A DNA stretch of 64,000 nt from Mobula hypostoma (taxonomy: Eukaryota), in contig NC_086097.1 in NCBI RefSeq assembly GCF_963921235.1, positions 137,890,001 to 137,954,000 of the forward strand. Direction: 5' to 3'. The notes under the pieces are model-generated. The model was not told where the DNA came from, did no database searches, and saw nothing but the letters and a program-made list of their open reading frames with translations. Below, one piece after another: positions 25,548 to 38,417 of the stretch; position 1 is the stretch's first letter, and every line of letters starts with the position of its first letter. A program made the position numbers and the translations under genes.

Positions 25548-26560
25548 TCCTCACTTGCAGACCCCAGTCAGTTCAGATTTGCAATAACATTTCATCCACA
25601 ATTTTGATCAGCACGAGTGCACCACAAGGCTGTGTGCTTAGCCACCAGCTCTACTTGCTTTATCTTATGACTGTGTAGCTAAGCACAGCTCTAATGCTGT
25701 ATTTAAGTTTGCTGATGACACCACTGTAGTAGGCCGAATCAAAAGGATCAGAGGTGGAGAAGGTCAGGAACCTATATTCCTCAGTGTTATTATTTCTGAA
25801 GACCTGTCCTCGGCCCAGCATCTAAGTGTAATCACAAAAAGTGCAGTATCTCTACATCATTAGAAGTTTGCGAAGATTCAACATGACACCTAAAACTTTG
25901 ACAAACTTCTATAGGAGTGTGGTGGAGAGTATGTTGCCTGGCTGCATCACTATCTGATATGGAAACACCAATGCCCTTCAACGGAAAATCCTACAAAAAG
26001 TAATGGATATGGACCAATCCATCACAGCTAAAGTCCTCCCCACCAATAAGCACATCTACATGGGTCATTGTTGAAGGAAAGCAGCATCCATCATCAAGGA
26101 CCCCCACTACCCAGATCATGCTTTCTTCTCTCTGCTGCCATAAGGAAGAAGGTACAGGAGCCTCAGGACTCACGTTCAGGAAAAGATATTACTCCTCAAC
26201 TACCTGGCTCTTGAACCAGAGAGGTTAACTTCACTTAACTTCAATTGCCCCATCACTAAACTGTTCCCACGACCGATGGACTCACTTTTAAGAACTATTC
26301 ATCTCATGTTCTTGATATATGTATTGCTTATTTATTTCTTATTATTTCTTTTTTTTTCTTTCTTTTTGTATTGGCACAGTTTGTTGTCTTTCGCATCCTG
26401 GTTGTCCATCCTGTTGGTGTGATTTTTCATTGATTCTATTATGGTTATTGGATTTATCGAGTATGCTCACAAGAAATGAATCTCAGGGTTGTATATGGTG
26501 ACGTATATGTACTTTGATAATAAATTTACTTTGAGCTTTGAAACTAACTTTTGAACTTTG
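25548..26560 (+). mobile_element. Rex1/Babar-like LINE inserted in CR1
   Basis: APQGCVLS and KFADDTTVVG motifs; (TTTGAAC)n tail; the CR1 resumes at 26561. Confidence 0.88.
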
Positions 26561-28439
26561 ACTCTGGCAGGAATGATGGCAGGACAGCAGTGGCTGGAGT
26601 TTCTGGAGACAACTTGGAAGGGGCAGGATAGATACACCCCAAGGTGAAGAATTATTCTATAGAGAGGATGAGGCAACTGTGAGTGACAAGGGAAGTCAAA
26701 GAGAGCCTAAAGGCAAAAGGGGGGCATAGATTACAGCAAAAAATAGTGGGAAATTAGAGGATTGGGAAGCTTTTAAAAACCAACAGAAGGCAACTAAAAA
26801 AACCATAAGGAGAGAAAAGATGAAATATGAAGGTAAGCTAGCCAAAAAAATTCAAAGGGGATACGCAAGTTTTCCAGATACATGAAGAGTAAAAGAGAGG
26901 TGAGAGTAGATATTGGACTGCTGGAAAACGACACTGGAGAGGTAGTAATTGTATACAAAGAAATGGCGGGTGAACCGAATAAGTATTTTGTGTCAGTCTT
27001 CACTGTGGAAGACACTTTGCATTTTGCCAGAAATTTGAGAGTGTTGGTGGGTAGAAGAGGGTGTAGCTGAGCTGCTATTGCTAAGGAGAAAGAGGTTGGG
27101 AAGCTGAAAGGTCTCTAGGGATCTGAAAGAAATTGCTGAAGAGATTGTGGAGGCATTAGTAATGATCTTTCAAGAATCACTAGATTTTGGAATGGTTCTG
27201 GAGGACTGGAAAATTGCAAGTGTTACTCTTTAAGAAGGGAGAGAGGCAGAAGAAAGGAAATCATAGGCCAGTTAGCCTGATTTAAGTGGTTGGGAAAATG
27301 TTGGAGCCTATTATTAGGGATGAGGTTTCAGGGTCCTTGGAGGCACATGATAAAGTAGGCCAAATTCAGCATGGTTTCCATAATTAAAGGGAAATCTTGC
27401 CTGACGAATCTGTTGAAATCCTTTGAGGAAATAACAGGCAGGATAGACAATGGAAAGTCAGTATATGCTGTTTATTTGGATTTTCAGAAGGCCTTTGACA
27501 AGGTGCCATACATGAGGCTGCTTAACAAGATAAGAGCCCATAGTATTACAGGAAAGGTACTAGCGCGGATAGAAGATAGACTGATTGGCAGGAGGCAAAG
27601 AGTCGGAATGGAGGGGGCCTATTCTGGTTGGCTGCTGGTGACAAGTGATGTTCCGCAGGGATTCGTACGTGGGGCCTCTTCTTTTCACACTATATGTCAA
27701 CGATTTTGATGATGCAATTGATGGCTTGCTGACAATGGAAAGATAGGTGGAGGAATAGGTAGTGTCGAGGAAGCAGGGAGTCTGTAGAAGGACTTGGGAG
27801 AAAGGACAAGTGTCAGAAGGAATAAATGTAGGGAAGTGTATGGTCAGGCACTTTTGTAGAGTGATTAACAGCATAGACTATTTTCTAAATGGGGAACAAA
27901 TTCAAAAATCAGTGTTTCAAAGGGACAGGAGTCCTCGTGCAGGATTCCATAAAGGTTAACTTCCAGGTTAAGTCAGTGTAGGAGGCAAATGCAATGTTAG
28001 CATTCATTTCGAGAGGGCTAGAATATAAGAGCAAGGATACGATACTGAGGCTTTATAAGGAACTGCTCAGACTGCACAGAGTATTGTGAGCAGTTCTGGG
28101 CCTCTTACCTGAGCAAAGATGTGCTGGCATTGCAGAGGGCTCAGAGGAGGTTAATGAGAATGGTTCTGGGAATGAAAGGGTTAACACACAAGAGTTTTAT
28201 GGCTCTGGGCCCGTATTTGCTGGAGTTTAGAAAAATTAGGGGGGGATCTCATTGAAACCTATCAACTATTGAAAAGCCTAGATAGGATGGGGTTGAGAGG
28301 GATCATAAATCAGCCATGATGGAATGTTGGAACAGACTCGATGGGCTGAATGGCCTAATTCTACTATCATGTTTTCTGGTCTTATGGTTTTATGGAGCTG
28401 CCATCCCTGGCAAGGTTATCCCTTATTCTCTGTTCCTCG

Positions 28440-28610
28440 CTAACTACACCAGAGACCCTGATTCAGTCCTTACCTTGGGTGATGTCTGTGTGTGGTTTGA
28501 ATGTTCTCCCTGTGACCACGTGGGTGCTCTGGTTTTCTCCACAAACCACAGATATGCAGATTGGTAGGTTGACCAATTGCTTTAAATTACCCCTGGTGTG
28601 TAAGTGATGT
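28440..28610 (+). mobile_element. V-SINE fragment
   Basis: GTTTGAATGTTCTCCCTGTGACCACGTGGG V-domain. Confidence 0.75.
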
Positions 28611-28689
28611 TAGAAGTTTACATCATACACAGTGACTATCTGGTGACCCACTGGCGTTAGGCAAGACTTGTTCACAACCGAACCAGTGT

Positions 28690-28950
28690 CACTCAGTACC
28701 TCAGAGAATGTCAGAGAACTTAACAACCTGAAACTACTGTCTCGAGGTGCGAGATACAGCTGTCAATCTCTACACAGCAAGATCCCACAGTTGCTATTAT
28801 GACTCAAAGCAGATGGCTGGAGTCTGTGATGTTCACTGAGAGGCCAAAGAGCACCTCTGTGTCATTCCCTGGAATAGTGAAGCGAGCTGATCTCATCTGA
28901 CGGACCCCCAACACCCTGCCTCAGCCTTCCCGCCCACATTTCACATTGCA
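28690..28950 (-). mobile_element. DeuSINE-like fragment
   Basis: CACAGCAAGATCCCACAG..GGAATAGTG. Confidence 0.45.
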
Positions 28951-29104
28951 GTGTGTGTGGGGAGGGAGGGAGGGAACTGATTGAACAAAATAGCTTTGGA
29001 TATAGAGATGAGAGCGCTCCAACTGCGCACAGACAGAGGTGAGGCTTTCCTGCCCTAAGGTGGGTGAAGGATCAGAGGGGTTTCCTCAAAGCAAATCAAT
29101 AAAT

Positions 29105-29250
29105 TCCTCACAGCTCTGGTAGCATGGGTTCGAACCTGGCCTTGGGCGCTGTTTGTGTGAGTTTGCATGCTGTCTCTGTGCTGAGTGGTGTTTCGTTTGG
29201 GGCTCTGATTCCTTCCCACATCCCAAATGCACATAGTTTAGTAGGTTCGT
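29105..29250 (+). mobile_element. V-SINE fragment
   Basis: B box GGTTCGAACC plus V-domain. Confidence 0.75.
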
Positions 29251-29324
29251 AACTGCGTTTTATTGTTATCACTTAGCATTTCCAGTTTTCTAGAGCAAAA
29301 TTCTTGTTCTGAATTTCCATAATC

Positions 29325-29705
29325 TTAGAATGGACTACCAGTGCCTTTTTCCCAGGGTAGAAATGGCTCATATGAGAGGGTATAATTCCTCTCCATAGAT
29401 GCTGCCTGACTTGGTGAGTCCCTGCAGCATTTTGTGTGTGTTGGGCATAATTTTAAGGTGATTGGATGAAAGTATAGGAATGCTGCTGGGAGTAGAGGTT
29501 TTTTGACTCAGAGTGTGGTGGCCGCATTGAACGTGCTGCCAGGAGTGGTGGTAGAAACAGCTACATTAGGGACATTTAAGAGACTCTTAGGTTTATGGAT
29601 GAAAGAAGAATCGAGGCTATGCAGGATGGAAGTGTTAGATTGACCTTGGAGAAAGTCACAAGGGCTGAAGGCCCTGTACTGTTGGATCCTCTGCATTCTA
29701 TGTTC
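29325..29705 (+). mobile_element. CR1 3' fragment containing a 55-bp Penelope-type insert (29388-29442)
   Basis: The insert is flanked by GGGTATAATT (29378-29387) and GGGCATAATT (29443-29452). Confidence 0.75.
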
Positions 29706-30479
29706 GAGGTTTACTGACCCAGTTTTGAGATTACTATGTAGTATGGTCAACTAATGTGACTCAGAAAGCCAAATATTTACAAACCCAAACAGAGGGCCAA
29801 GCTGCAATCCTTCTGCCATTGCATTATGGTGAAAGATTGCTCATAGATAATGACCTGTAGTGTCCAGATTCATTAAGCATCTTCCCCTCCTACTTTTCAA
29901 ACTGTTTGTGCATTGAGCCCCGTGAGTTATGTTCAGCAGGACATCAGCACTGAGCAAATGACTTGCTGTTTAGCTGATGTAATGAATAACAATGTCATTA
30001 AACCATTGAGTAGTTTCATGGCAGATTATGATTATGATGCTAGTCCTCTAAACAGCATCTTGAGTAGAGATCACTTGTAGTTTATGGCTGGGCTGATGAC
30101 TTTAGCCTGTCAGTAGGGTGAGTGTTTCTCTTCCCACCCACTGGACCAGTTTCAGCTTCCGTTCCCTGTCTTAACTCAGTCAAGTTTAGTTCGGTCTTCT
30201 GATTGGACGTAATTGGATGGGGAAGTTTGAGATTATCACTGAGAGTGTCATGTCAAAATTCGGATGCTTTGTTTTTTATCCAAATTTACAGATCCTGTTA
30301 TCCAATGTATGACCTATCATTCCTTGATGCCTTTCACAGCCTGGTTTCACTCCATCTGGCCACTGCATTCACAAGAGCCCTACTGTTAAAAATGGGCTTC
30401 CATATTGGAAGGACATTAGAGAGGAGCTGTAGGATTCCCAATGCATTGTGCAGGATTGGAATACTTGTTGAACTTAACT

Positions 30480-30670
30480 ACGAGAAGCATAGCAGGATCC
30501 CACAAATGGCAACGTGATCATTACCAGATGATCTGCTTGGCTGAGGGATAAGTATTGACAGGAGCAGTGGTGGTGGGGTAGCTCCTGGTGTTCTTCCGGG
30601 CTGTGCCTCCATCCAGCTTGAGAAAGCAGATGGGTCTTCCATTTATAAAGGTAGAATGTACACAAGGAAT
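30480..30670 (-). mobile_element. DeuSINE-like fragment
   Basis: AGCAGGATCCCACAAATGGCAACGTGATCATTACCAGATGATCTG..TGAGGGATAAGTATTG. Confidence 0.65.
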
Positions 30671-31200
30671 CTAGTTTGCTATTCAGTCCCTGCAGTCTGC
30701 TCCACCATTCTACATCAGAATTAGAATCAGGCTTATTATCACCGGCATGTGTCAAGAAACTTGTTAACTTAGTGGCAACAGTTCAATGCAACACATGATA
30801 ATATAGAAAGAAAAAGGAAAAAAAAAGATCATCATCATCATCATCCCTGATCTCCTACCTCTACACAATTTCCCTGCCCATTCCAATCTCCCTCAATTTG
30901 TTGAACAAGATGAAGTCTATGGACTTCTGTTTTGGATGAACTCAATGATCAAGTGTCTGCAGCACTCCAACTCCACCCCGCCCCCACAGGATAGAGAATT
31001 CCAGAAGTTCACTGCACTCTGACAGACACGACTCAATTCCGTTCTAAATAGCCCACTACTTCTTCCGAAACCGGAATATTTTGTTCCAGCCTCATATCAA
31101 GAGAAATAACCCATAAGTACCCTATGGAGTTCACTAAAGAAGCTGCACGTTTCAATGAGATTGCCTCTCACTCTTTATATCAAGAATGTCTCTTCATGTG
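30670..31200 (-). mobile_element. Old CR1 3' fragment with an inserted Rex1-like tail (about 30713-30828)
   Basis: CR1 tail reverse complement; AGAATCAGGCTTATTATCACCGGCATG Rex-type end. Confidence 0.55.
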
Positions 31201-31757
31201 AGAAACTTTTCATCTGTTTGAGGAGATTTGGTTTGTCAACTAAAACACTCAAAAACTTCTACAGATGGACCACAGAGAGCATTCTGACTGGCTGCATCAC
31301 CGTCTGGTATGGCGGTGGGGCTAGCTACTGCACAGGATCGAAGCAAGTTGCAGCAACTTGTAAAATTAGTCAGCTCCATCATGGGTACTGGTCTCCAGAG
31401 TATCCAAGACATCTTGAAGGAGCAGTGCCATAGGAAGGCAGTGTCCATCATTAATGGCCCCAACCACCCAGGACGTGCCCTCTTCTCATTGTTACAGTTG
31501 GGAAGAGAATGCAAAAGGCTGAAGGCACACAATCAGTGATTCTCCTGTTCAACTTCTGAGTGGATGCTGAACCCATAAACACTACCTCATTACTTTTTTG
31601 TTTTTGTTTTTTTTTTGCACATTATTAACTTAACAATTTAATAGACATATATATAATTACTGTGTAATTCAGTGTTTTCTTCTCTATATTTATTTATCAC
31701 GTATTACATTGTGCTGCTGCCATAAAGATTTTCACAACATATGCTGGTGATATTAAA

Positions 31758-31973
31758 AACGCAAACAACAGGAATTCTGCAGATGCTAGAAATTCAAGCA
31801 ACACACATCAAAGTTGCTGGTGAACGCAGCAGGCCAGGCAGCATCTCTAGGAAGAGGTACAGTCGACGTACAGGACTAGTCCTGACGAAGGGTCTCGGCC
31901 TGATACGTCGACTGTACCTCTTCCTAGAGATGCTGCCTGGCCTGCTGCGTTGACCAGCAACTTTGATGTGTGT
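31758..31973 (-). mobile_element. Best-preserved Penelope-type fold-back hammerhead element
   Basis: 73-bp inverted arms (31798-31870 and 31904-31976, one mismatch); 16-bp TSD TGCTGGTGATATTAAA (31742-31757 and 31974-31989). Confidence 0.9.
31878..31914 (+). ncRNA. Minimal type I hammerhead ribozyme motif, with the core GAAA mutated to GATA
   Basis: AGTC-CTGACGA-A-GGGT CTCG GCCT-GATACGTC-GACT: stem I AGTC/GACT, stem II, and a palindromic ACGU stem III. Confidence 0.7.
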
Positions 31974-32001
31974 TGCTGGTGATATTAAATGTGATTCTGA
32001 A

Positions 32002-34600
32002 TTTTCATCGCACTTTCTTGATAGAAAGTATGATTTTTTTTAGGCAAAGTGACTGAGTTCTACACAATACTTCAGATGCAGCCTAACCAAGTATCACACA
32101 AATTATTGATAGATACCTTTATTCTTGTACTCACAGCCTCTTGCAATAAAAGCCAACATACCATATGCCTGCCGCACCTGCATCTTGGCCTTTGTGACTC
32201 GTGTGTAAAGTAACTAGGACCCTTTGAATATTTCCCAGTCTCTCACCATTTGAAAAAAAAAACTCTCGGCATTTCTGTTTTTAAAAGGAAAGTGGATAGG
32301 CTCACATTTTCCACCTGGTATTCCATCTGCACTTGCTCTCTCCATAATCCTTTGAAATGTCTTCATGTTTCATTCTGGCTCACGTTCCCACTGAGTCTCA
32401 GCAAATGGACAAACATTACATCTGACTGCCTCAGCCAGCTTGTCAGTAGCAGGGATCCAAGCGTGGATTACAGTGGCTGCCCCATTGCTGACAGCCTGCC
32501 AACCTGAAGAGAACCCTTTAATACCAATTCTGCCTTTTCTATCTGATAACCAATGCTAGACCCTTATTTCTATGCACTATCTTATCAAAGACCTTCTGAA
32601 AACCCAAGTACAACACATCCACTAGTTCCTCCTTAACTGCTCAATAAGATTTAGCCTCAAATGTTCCAATAGATCAGTCAAACAGGACTTCTCTTTCCTA
32701 GAACCATGTTGATATTGGTCATTCGTGTTATTTTATCAATGTCTTGCTTTCATAAACTTCATTTTAGATTCTAGCAATTACCCACCTACCAATGTAACTT
32801 CCATCATCCATGGTTGGATCACTTTTCCTGAGGTATATTTGTACCTAATAGTATCCGCTGCAGATCATGTATATATATTTTAAAGACTGGCCATTCTCTG
32901 TCTACTATCACATCCTTTATTAGTTTCCTTCAACACCTGCCTACCTGTTCCATACACTTTGTTTTGATTGAAAACCCTGCTTTTAGATTGAATTATATCA
33001 CTTTTGGATTCAATGTAAAAGTCTGTCCTAAGGGCCCCTTTCCAAAGGATTATTAATTAACCATTCTTGCTGGATCAATAGGGGCTTGTTCACTCATCAT
33101 TTCTTCAATGTAAGATCATAAGAGGTAGGAGCAGAATTAGGCCATTCAGCCCATCGAGTCTGCTCTGCTATTCCATCATGGCTGATCCCAGATCCCACTC
33201 ATCCCCATACACCTGCCTTCTCACCATATCCTTTGACGCCCTGACAAAACCAGAAACTAACAACTTCCACTTTAAATGTATGCACAGACTTGGCCTCCAC
33301 TGCAGTCTGTGGCAGAGCATTCCACAGATTTACAACTCTCTGGCTAAAAAATTACTCTTACCTCTGTTCTAAAGGATCACCCCTCAATTTTAAGACTGTG
33401 TCCTCTAGTTCTAGGTATCACCATCATAGGAATCACCCTCTCCACATCCACCCTATCCAGTCCTTTTACCATTCAGTCGGTTTCAGTGAGATCCCCGCAC
33501 ATTCTTCTAAATTCCAGTGAGTCCAGGCCCAAAGCTGCCAAGTGCTCCTCATAGGTTAACCCCTTCATTCCCAGAATCATCCTTGTGAACCTCCTCTGGA
33601 TTCTCTTCAATAACGCGTCTTTTCTGAGATATGGGGGCCAAAACAGTTAACAATATTCCAAGTGCAGCCTGACTAGTGTCTTATAAAGGCTCAGCATTAT
33701 CTCCTTACTTTTATATTCTGTTCCCCTTGAAATAAATGCCAACATTGCATTTGCCTTCCTTACCACAGACTCAACCTGTAAATTAACTTTCTGGGAGTCT
33801 TGCATGATGACTCCCAAGTCCCTCTGCACCTCTGATGTTTGAACCTTCTCCCCATTTAGATAATAGTCCGCACTATTGTTTCTTTTCCCAAAATGCATTA
33901 TCATACATTTCCCACTGTGTTCTACCTGCCACTTTTTTTTGCTCATTCTTCCAATTTGCCTGAGTCCTTCTGCAATCCCTGAAGTACTTAGCTTCTTGTT
34001 TTGGTCACACGGTAGTCACATTTCTGTAACGGTCATTAAAATAGACCCATTGACTATGATCTATGCTGTGTTTCATCCACCTTGTTGTGAATGAAACCTG
34101 CATTGAGGTATAGACTCGCTGTCCTTTCCATGTCCTTCCATGTACTCTACCTCTGTTTCCACACTGGCTTATTTTACTCATTACATTTCTAACTTCCACT
34201 CTCTCTCCGTCCTCTCTCTCCTGTCAATTCCCAGATGCAGTGCCATTTAAACTCTCCCCAAAACCACCAGCAAACACTCAACCTCAATGAGATTGTCTGT
34301 CCCAGTCCTGCTGATGTGTAAAGTGTCTGACTTGCACAGGGCTCCTGCACCTCAGGAATGGTCCTGGTAGGTTAGCTATCTGCTTTATCTCTCTAGCAAA
34401 ACGCTTTGATTCCTGAACTGGTTAGTGTTTAGCATTAGAAGTAATCCTAAAATTACCACCTTTAGGTTTCTGCTATATGACCTATATCATGGCTCTCTAA
34501 ACCTACAGGTCATCCTAGTCTTGTTAGCTCTGACATTGACCACATGTTCTGTTTTTTCACCCTTTTCCTTCAGGACGTTCTGCAGCTGTGCTCTTGTAAC
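32002..34600 (-). mobile_element. Old CR1 LINE, fragmented, hosting a younger CR1
   Basis: Degenerate antisense RT and endonuclease motifs on both sides of 33110-33978. Confidence 0.6.
33110..33978 (-). mobile_element. CR1 3' fragment
   Basis: KCMIMHFGKRN..QRDLGVIMQDSQK..YKTLVRLHLEYC; CR1 tail. Confidence 0.9.
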
Positions 34601-35544
34601 ACTTTAGCACTCCACTTGAGCTACAATAGAACCACAGCTCTGGATTAGGAATAGAAACATGGGGATTGACCCCTCAACTTTCCTGCAGGAGTGAGAGTGC
34701 TATTGGTTGAGTCAGGATTAAGAAACAGTGGCTTACACCTTGAGAAGTCCAACATGCCAGTCACATGGATTAACATGTCCTGTGTACCTTCTCAACCAAA
34801 TCACTTGCCAATCTCTCACCGTCAAAATCTTCACACCAGCTCTGGAAACAATCATACTCCACATTTAACACCCAGCACATGCCCAGAGGAGCTGACAAGT
34901 CATCACTTACAAATTTAAACAGAACTCCAAAAACTGGGACAAAGGGCAGATTTAACCCAACTCTTCCCAATTCACCAACTAGCTCCAGCATCTTCCTCGA
35001 AGACAGGTTTCACCAGTAATTAGTGAACTGCTTGCTCTGAGGATGCCAAACGCTTGCCATTGGGTAACAGGCTGTTGTATGAGTCTTGTTCTTTACTGAG
35101 AACAGTAGCCAAAAGGATATTTACCATGAGCATGTTAGCATAGGAGCATGCAATGATATGTCATAGATATCTGCCTTGTTTAACTCTGGTACATTTCAAC
35201 AAATTAAGTGGCTTTGAGGTGGGGTGTAGTGGCCCAAGAAAAGTTTTTTTTCCCTCAAATGCCCACAACAAAACACAGACTTTAACCACTCCCTTATAGT
35301 ATAGGGTTAACTGAGAAGGGTGGTAGATGGTTAATACAGAGGTGGTTGGTTGCTTGGCTTCATGACTCTTCCATCTACATCTCACAACGTTGGAGAACAA
35401 CAAGGGCACTTACATCAGTGCAATAGTGATTGTTCATTAGTGGAATATTACAGGACCTACAGCTGACAGCTATCCCCCAAGTCTGGGAGCGTGATATGTG
35501 CACAATTCGAGTGTCGTATTGTGAAGATGGGCGGAGGGAAGGAA

Positions 35545-36050
35545 GGGTGTGCATTTATATAGCATCTTTCACAAACGTAAGGTATGTCACAGAGCAGCGA
35601 TCTGACTCTTTCCATATCCCTGACACTCAGCAAAATTCAGCTAATCCCAAACTTACAAATTTTGATCAGTCTCGAAAATTTCTGTCATCATTAACCGGAA
35701 TTAGTATTGGCTGAGCCAGTAGGTTATGAGTTCAAGTCCCACTCCCCTCCAGAGAACCACCCCTTAAAGAGTGCTGTTTTTTGTTGAGTTGCTGAGCGAG
35801 TCACTGTGGTGGTGTAGGAACTGCAGCAGACTGTTCGTGCACATAAACTCCTGCAAACGGAAGGACGACAATGACCTGTAGCTTGATTTAGAATGGTGTC
35901 TGAGGGATAAGTCTTCAGCTGGCAGCTTGCTTCTTCTGTGGCCTGCAATTGTGCATTCTTTAAACTAACAGAAATGGTAGATGGGGTTTTGGCTTACTAC
36001 CAATGACTGAAAGACAATACAGTGCTCAATCCTCCAATATTCAGTGGTTC
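35545..36050. mobile_element. DeuSINE-like fragments in both orientations
   Basis: GCATTTATATAGCATCTTTCAC (3' end, minus), GAGTTCAAGTCCCACTCC (head, plus) and TGAGGGATAAG. Confidence 0.45.
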
Positions 36051-36181
36051 TAGGATGTCCCCTCATTCTGAGTTTTGTTCATAGGAGACAGAGAGGATCC
36101 GGCTGGTAAATATTCTGCAGAACAACACAAGGAACAATTACAACAGAACAACAACAAAATAAGCCCTTTTCCTTCCTCCCC

Positions 36182-36955
36182 CTCTCTCTCTCTCTCTCTC
36201 ACACACACTCACACACACACACACACACTCTCTCTCTCACACACGCTCACACACACACACACACAGACACATATGCACACACTCTCACACACACACACAC
36301 AGACACATATGCACACACTCACACACACACACACACAGACACATATGCACACACTCAGGCATGCATACATACACACAGACACACACACACTCACACACAC
36401 ACTCACATACACACACTCACATACACACACATACATACACACACACAGACACACACACACACAAACACACACTCACACACACACACACACTCTCTCTCTC
36501 ACACACGCTCACACACACACACAGACACATATGCACACACTCACACACACACACACAGACACATATGCACACACTCACGCATGCATACATACACACAGAC
36601 ACACACACACTCACACACACACTCACATACACACACTCACATACACACACATACATACACAAACACACACACACACAAACACACACTCACACACACACAC
36701 ACACTCTCTCTCTCTCTCACACACACACACACTCTCTCTGTCTCTCTCACACACACACACTCTCTCACACACACACTCACACACACACTCACACACACAC
36801 TCACACACACATACATACACACACACAAACACACACTCACACACACACACACTCTCTCTCACACACGCACAAACACACACACACTCTCTCACACACACAC
36901 TCTCTCTCTCACACACACATCCACCCACACACACAGACACACATACACACACACA

Positions 36956-36995
<40 letters not shown>

Positions 36996-37157
36996 CGCTC
37001 TCTCACACACACACAGAAACACACACACACTCTCTCACACACACTCTCTCACACACACACACACTCACACACACATACATACACACACACAAACACACAC
37101 TCACACACACACTCTCTCTCTCACACAAACACACACACTCTCTCTCACACACACACC

Positions 37158-37188
<31 letters not shown>

Positions 37189-37375
37189 ACACTCACACAC
37201 ACACACACACACACACTCTCTCTCTCTCTCTCACACACACACATACACACACACACTCTCGCTCTCTCACACACACACAGAAACACACACACACACACAC
37301 ACACACACTCTCTCTCTCACACAAACACACACACACTCTCACACACACACTCACACACACACACACACACACACA

Positions 37376-37411
<36 letters not shown>

Positions 37412-37425
37412 CTCACACAAACACA

Positions 37426-37492
<67 letters not shown>

Positions 37493-37499
37493 GCACACA

Positions 37500-37530
<31 letters not shown>

Positions 37531-37575
37531 GCGCACACACTCTCTGTCTCTCACACACACACACACACGCACACA

Positions 37576-37613
<38 letters not shown>
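36182..37613. repeat. 1.4-kb compound (CA)n/(CT)n microsatellite
   Basis: Direct inspection; it explains the His/Thr and Cys/Val ORFs. Confidence 0.97.
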
Positions 37614-37614
<1 letters not shown>

Positions 37615-37799
37615 CTCCAACCATAGGACAGATCTGGGCCTCCAGCCTCGAGTGAACTCACAGACTCAGAGGCTTCTGACTTTGCCAGCGGACTCGCAGA
37701 CTTATAGTCCCAGGGTTTTGGCTATTGAGACTTGATGCCCAGACTTCCAATTGACTTTTGGGCTTTGATCTTTGATATCGACCCCAGGATTCACTGATG

Positions 37800-38330
37800 A
37801 CGAGACCCCAAACTCCAGGCTCACTGATGATGCATGCATGTTGGGGACGATGAACCTTTGCTGCATTCTCTCCATCGCGAGAACATCCTCCCTTAGATAA
37901 GGAGGCCAAAACTGCACACGATACTCTCCAAAGTCCAGTGTAATTGCAGTAGAACATCCTCACTCCTGTAGTCAAATCTTGCTCTGAAAGCGTACACACC
38001 TTTGTAACCACCCGCTTTACATCCCTTGACACCGGACACCAAGGTTTCATAGCACCTCTCATGTTCGTAAACTTTTGCTGTTCACATAATAAGCTGCAAC
38101 ACACTATCACCAAAAAAATTCCAATAAATTTCTCTTGCATTATTTCTGTTTCAAAAATTCATATTAAAAAATCACTTGAAAAATCTGAAAAATCACTTTT
38201 AAACTCCTCTAAGCTCCAGTGTGTATTGACCCAACCTGCTCAACCGTTCCTCATAAGACAACCCTCTGTCCCAGGAATCACTTTAATGCCTTTTCCTTGC
38301 TCCAGTCTCACATTCCTTGTCTTGAATTAG
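37800..38330 (-). mobile_element. Old CR1 fragments
   Basis: QFWPPYLREDVLAMERMQQRF. Confidence 0.65.
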
Positions 38331-38362
38331 TTATCCTGCAGCAAAAGAGATTTACTTTTTCT

Positions 38363-38417
38363 AAAACAACACACACAAAAGTTGCTTGAAATTCCAGCAT
38401 CTGCAGATTTCCTCGTG
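38363..38417 (+). mobile_element. Ultra-short Penelope-type insertion with an inverted 5' stub
   Basis: 12-bp TSD TTTACTTTTTCT (38351-38362 and 38418-38429); CAACACACACAAAA followed by GTTGCTTGAAATTCCAGCATCTGCAGATTTCC. Confidence 0.8.

Larger units (their letters stand above)
24755..28392 (+). mobile_element. Decayed CR1 ORF2 (same family as 7720-10936), interrupted twice
   Basis: KGKSCLTNLL..VYLDFQKAFDKVP; close similarity to 8400-10900. Confidence 0.92.
31205..32001 (+). mobile_element. Rex1/Babar-like LINE 3' part
   Basis: LRRFGLSTKTLKNFYRWTTESILTGCITVWYG and HPGRALFSLL. Confidence 0.9.

Noticed and set aside
31798..31976. miRNA precursor or DNA-transposon MITE
   Set aside because: The arms are asymmetric relative to the element ends, TSD length varies between copies and a hammerhead motif is present, which fits a retroelement.
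36084..36104. Possible 21-bp micro-exon (TTGTTCATAG..GTAAAT)
   Set aside because: Such motif pairs are frequent by chance and there is no supporting gene.
36075..37735. His/Thr-rich and Cys/Val-rich ORFs
   Set aside because: Translations of (CA)n/(CT)n.
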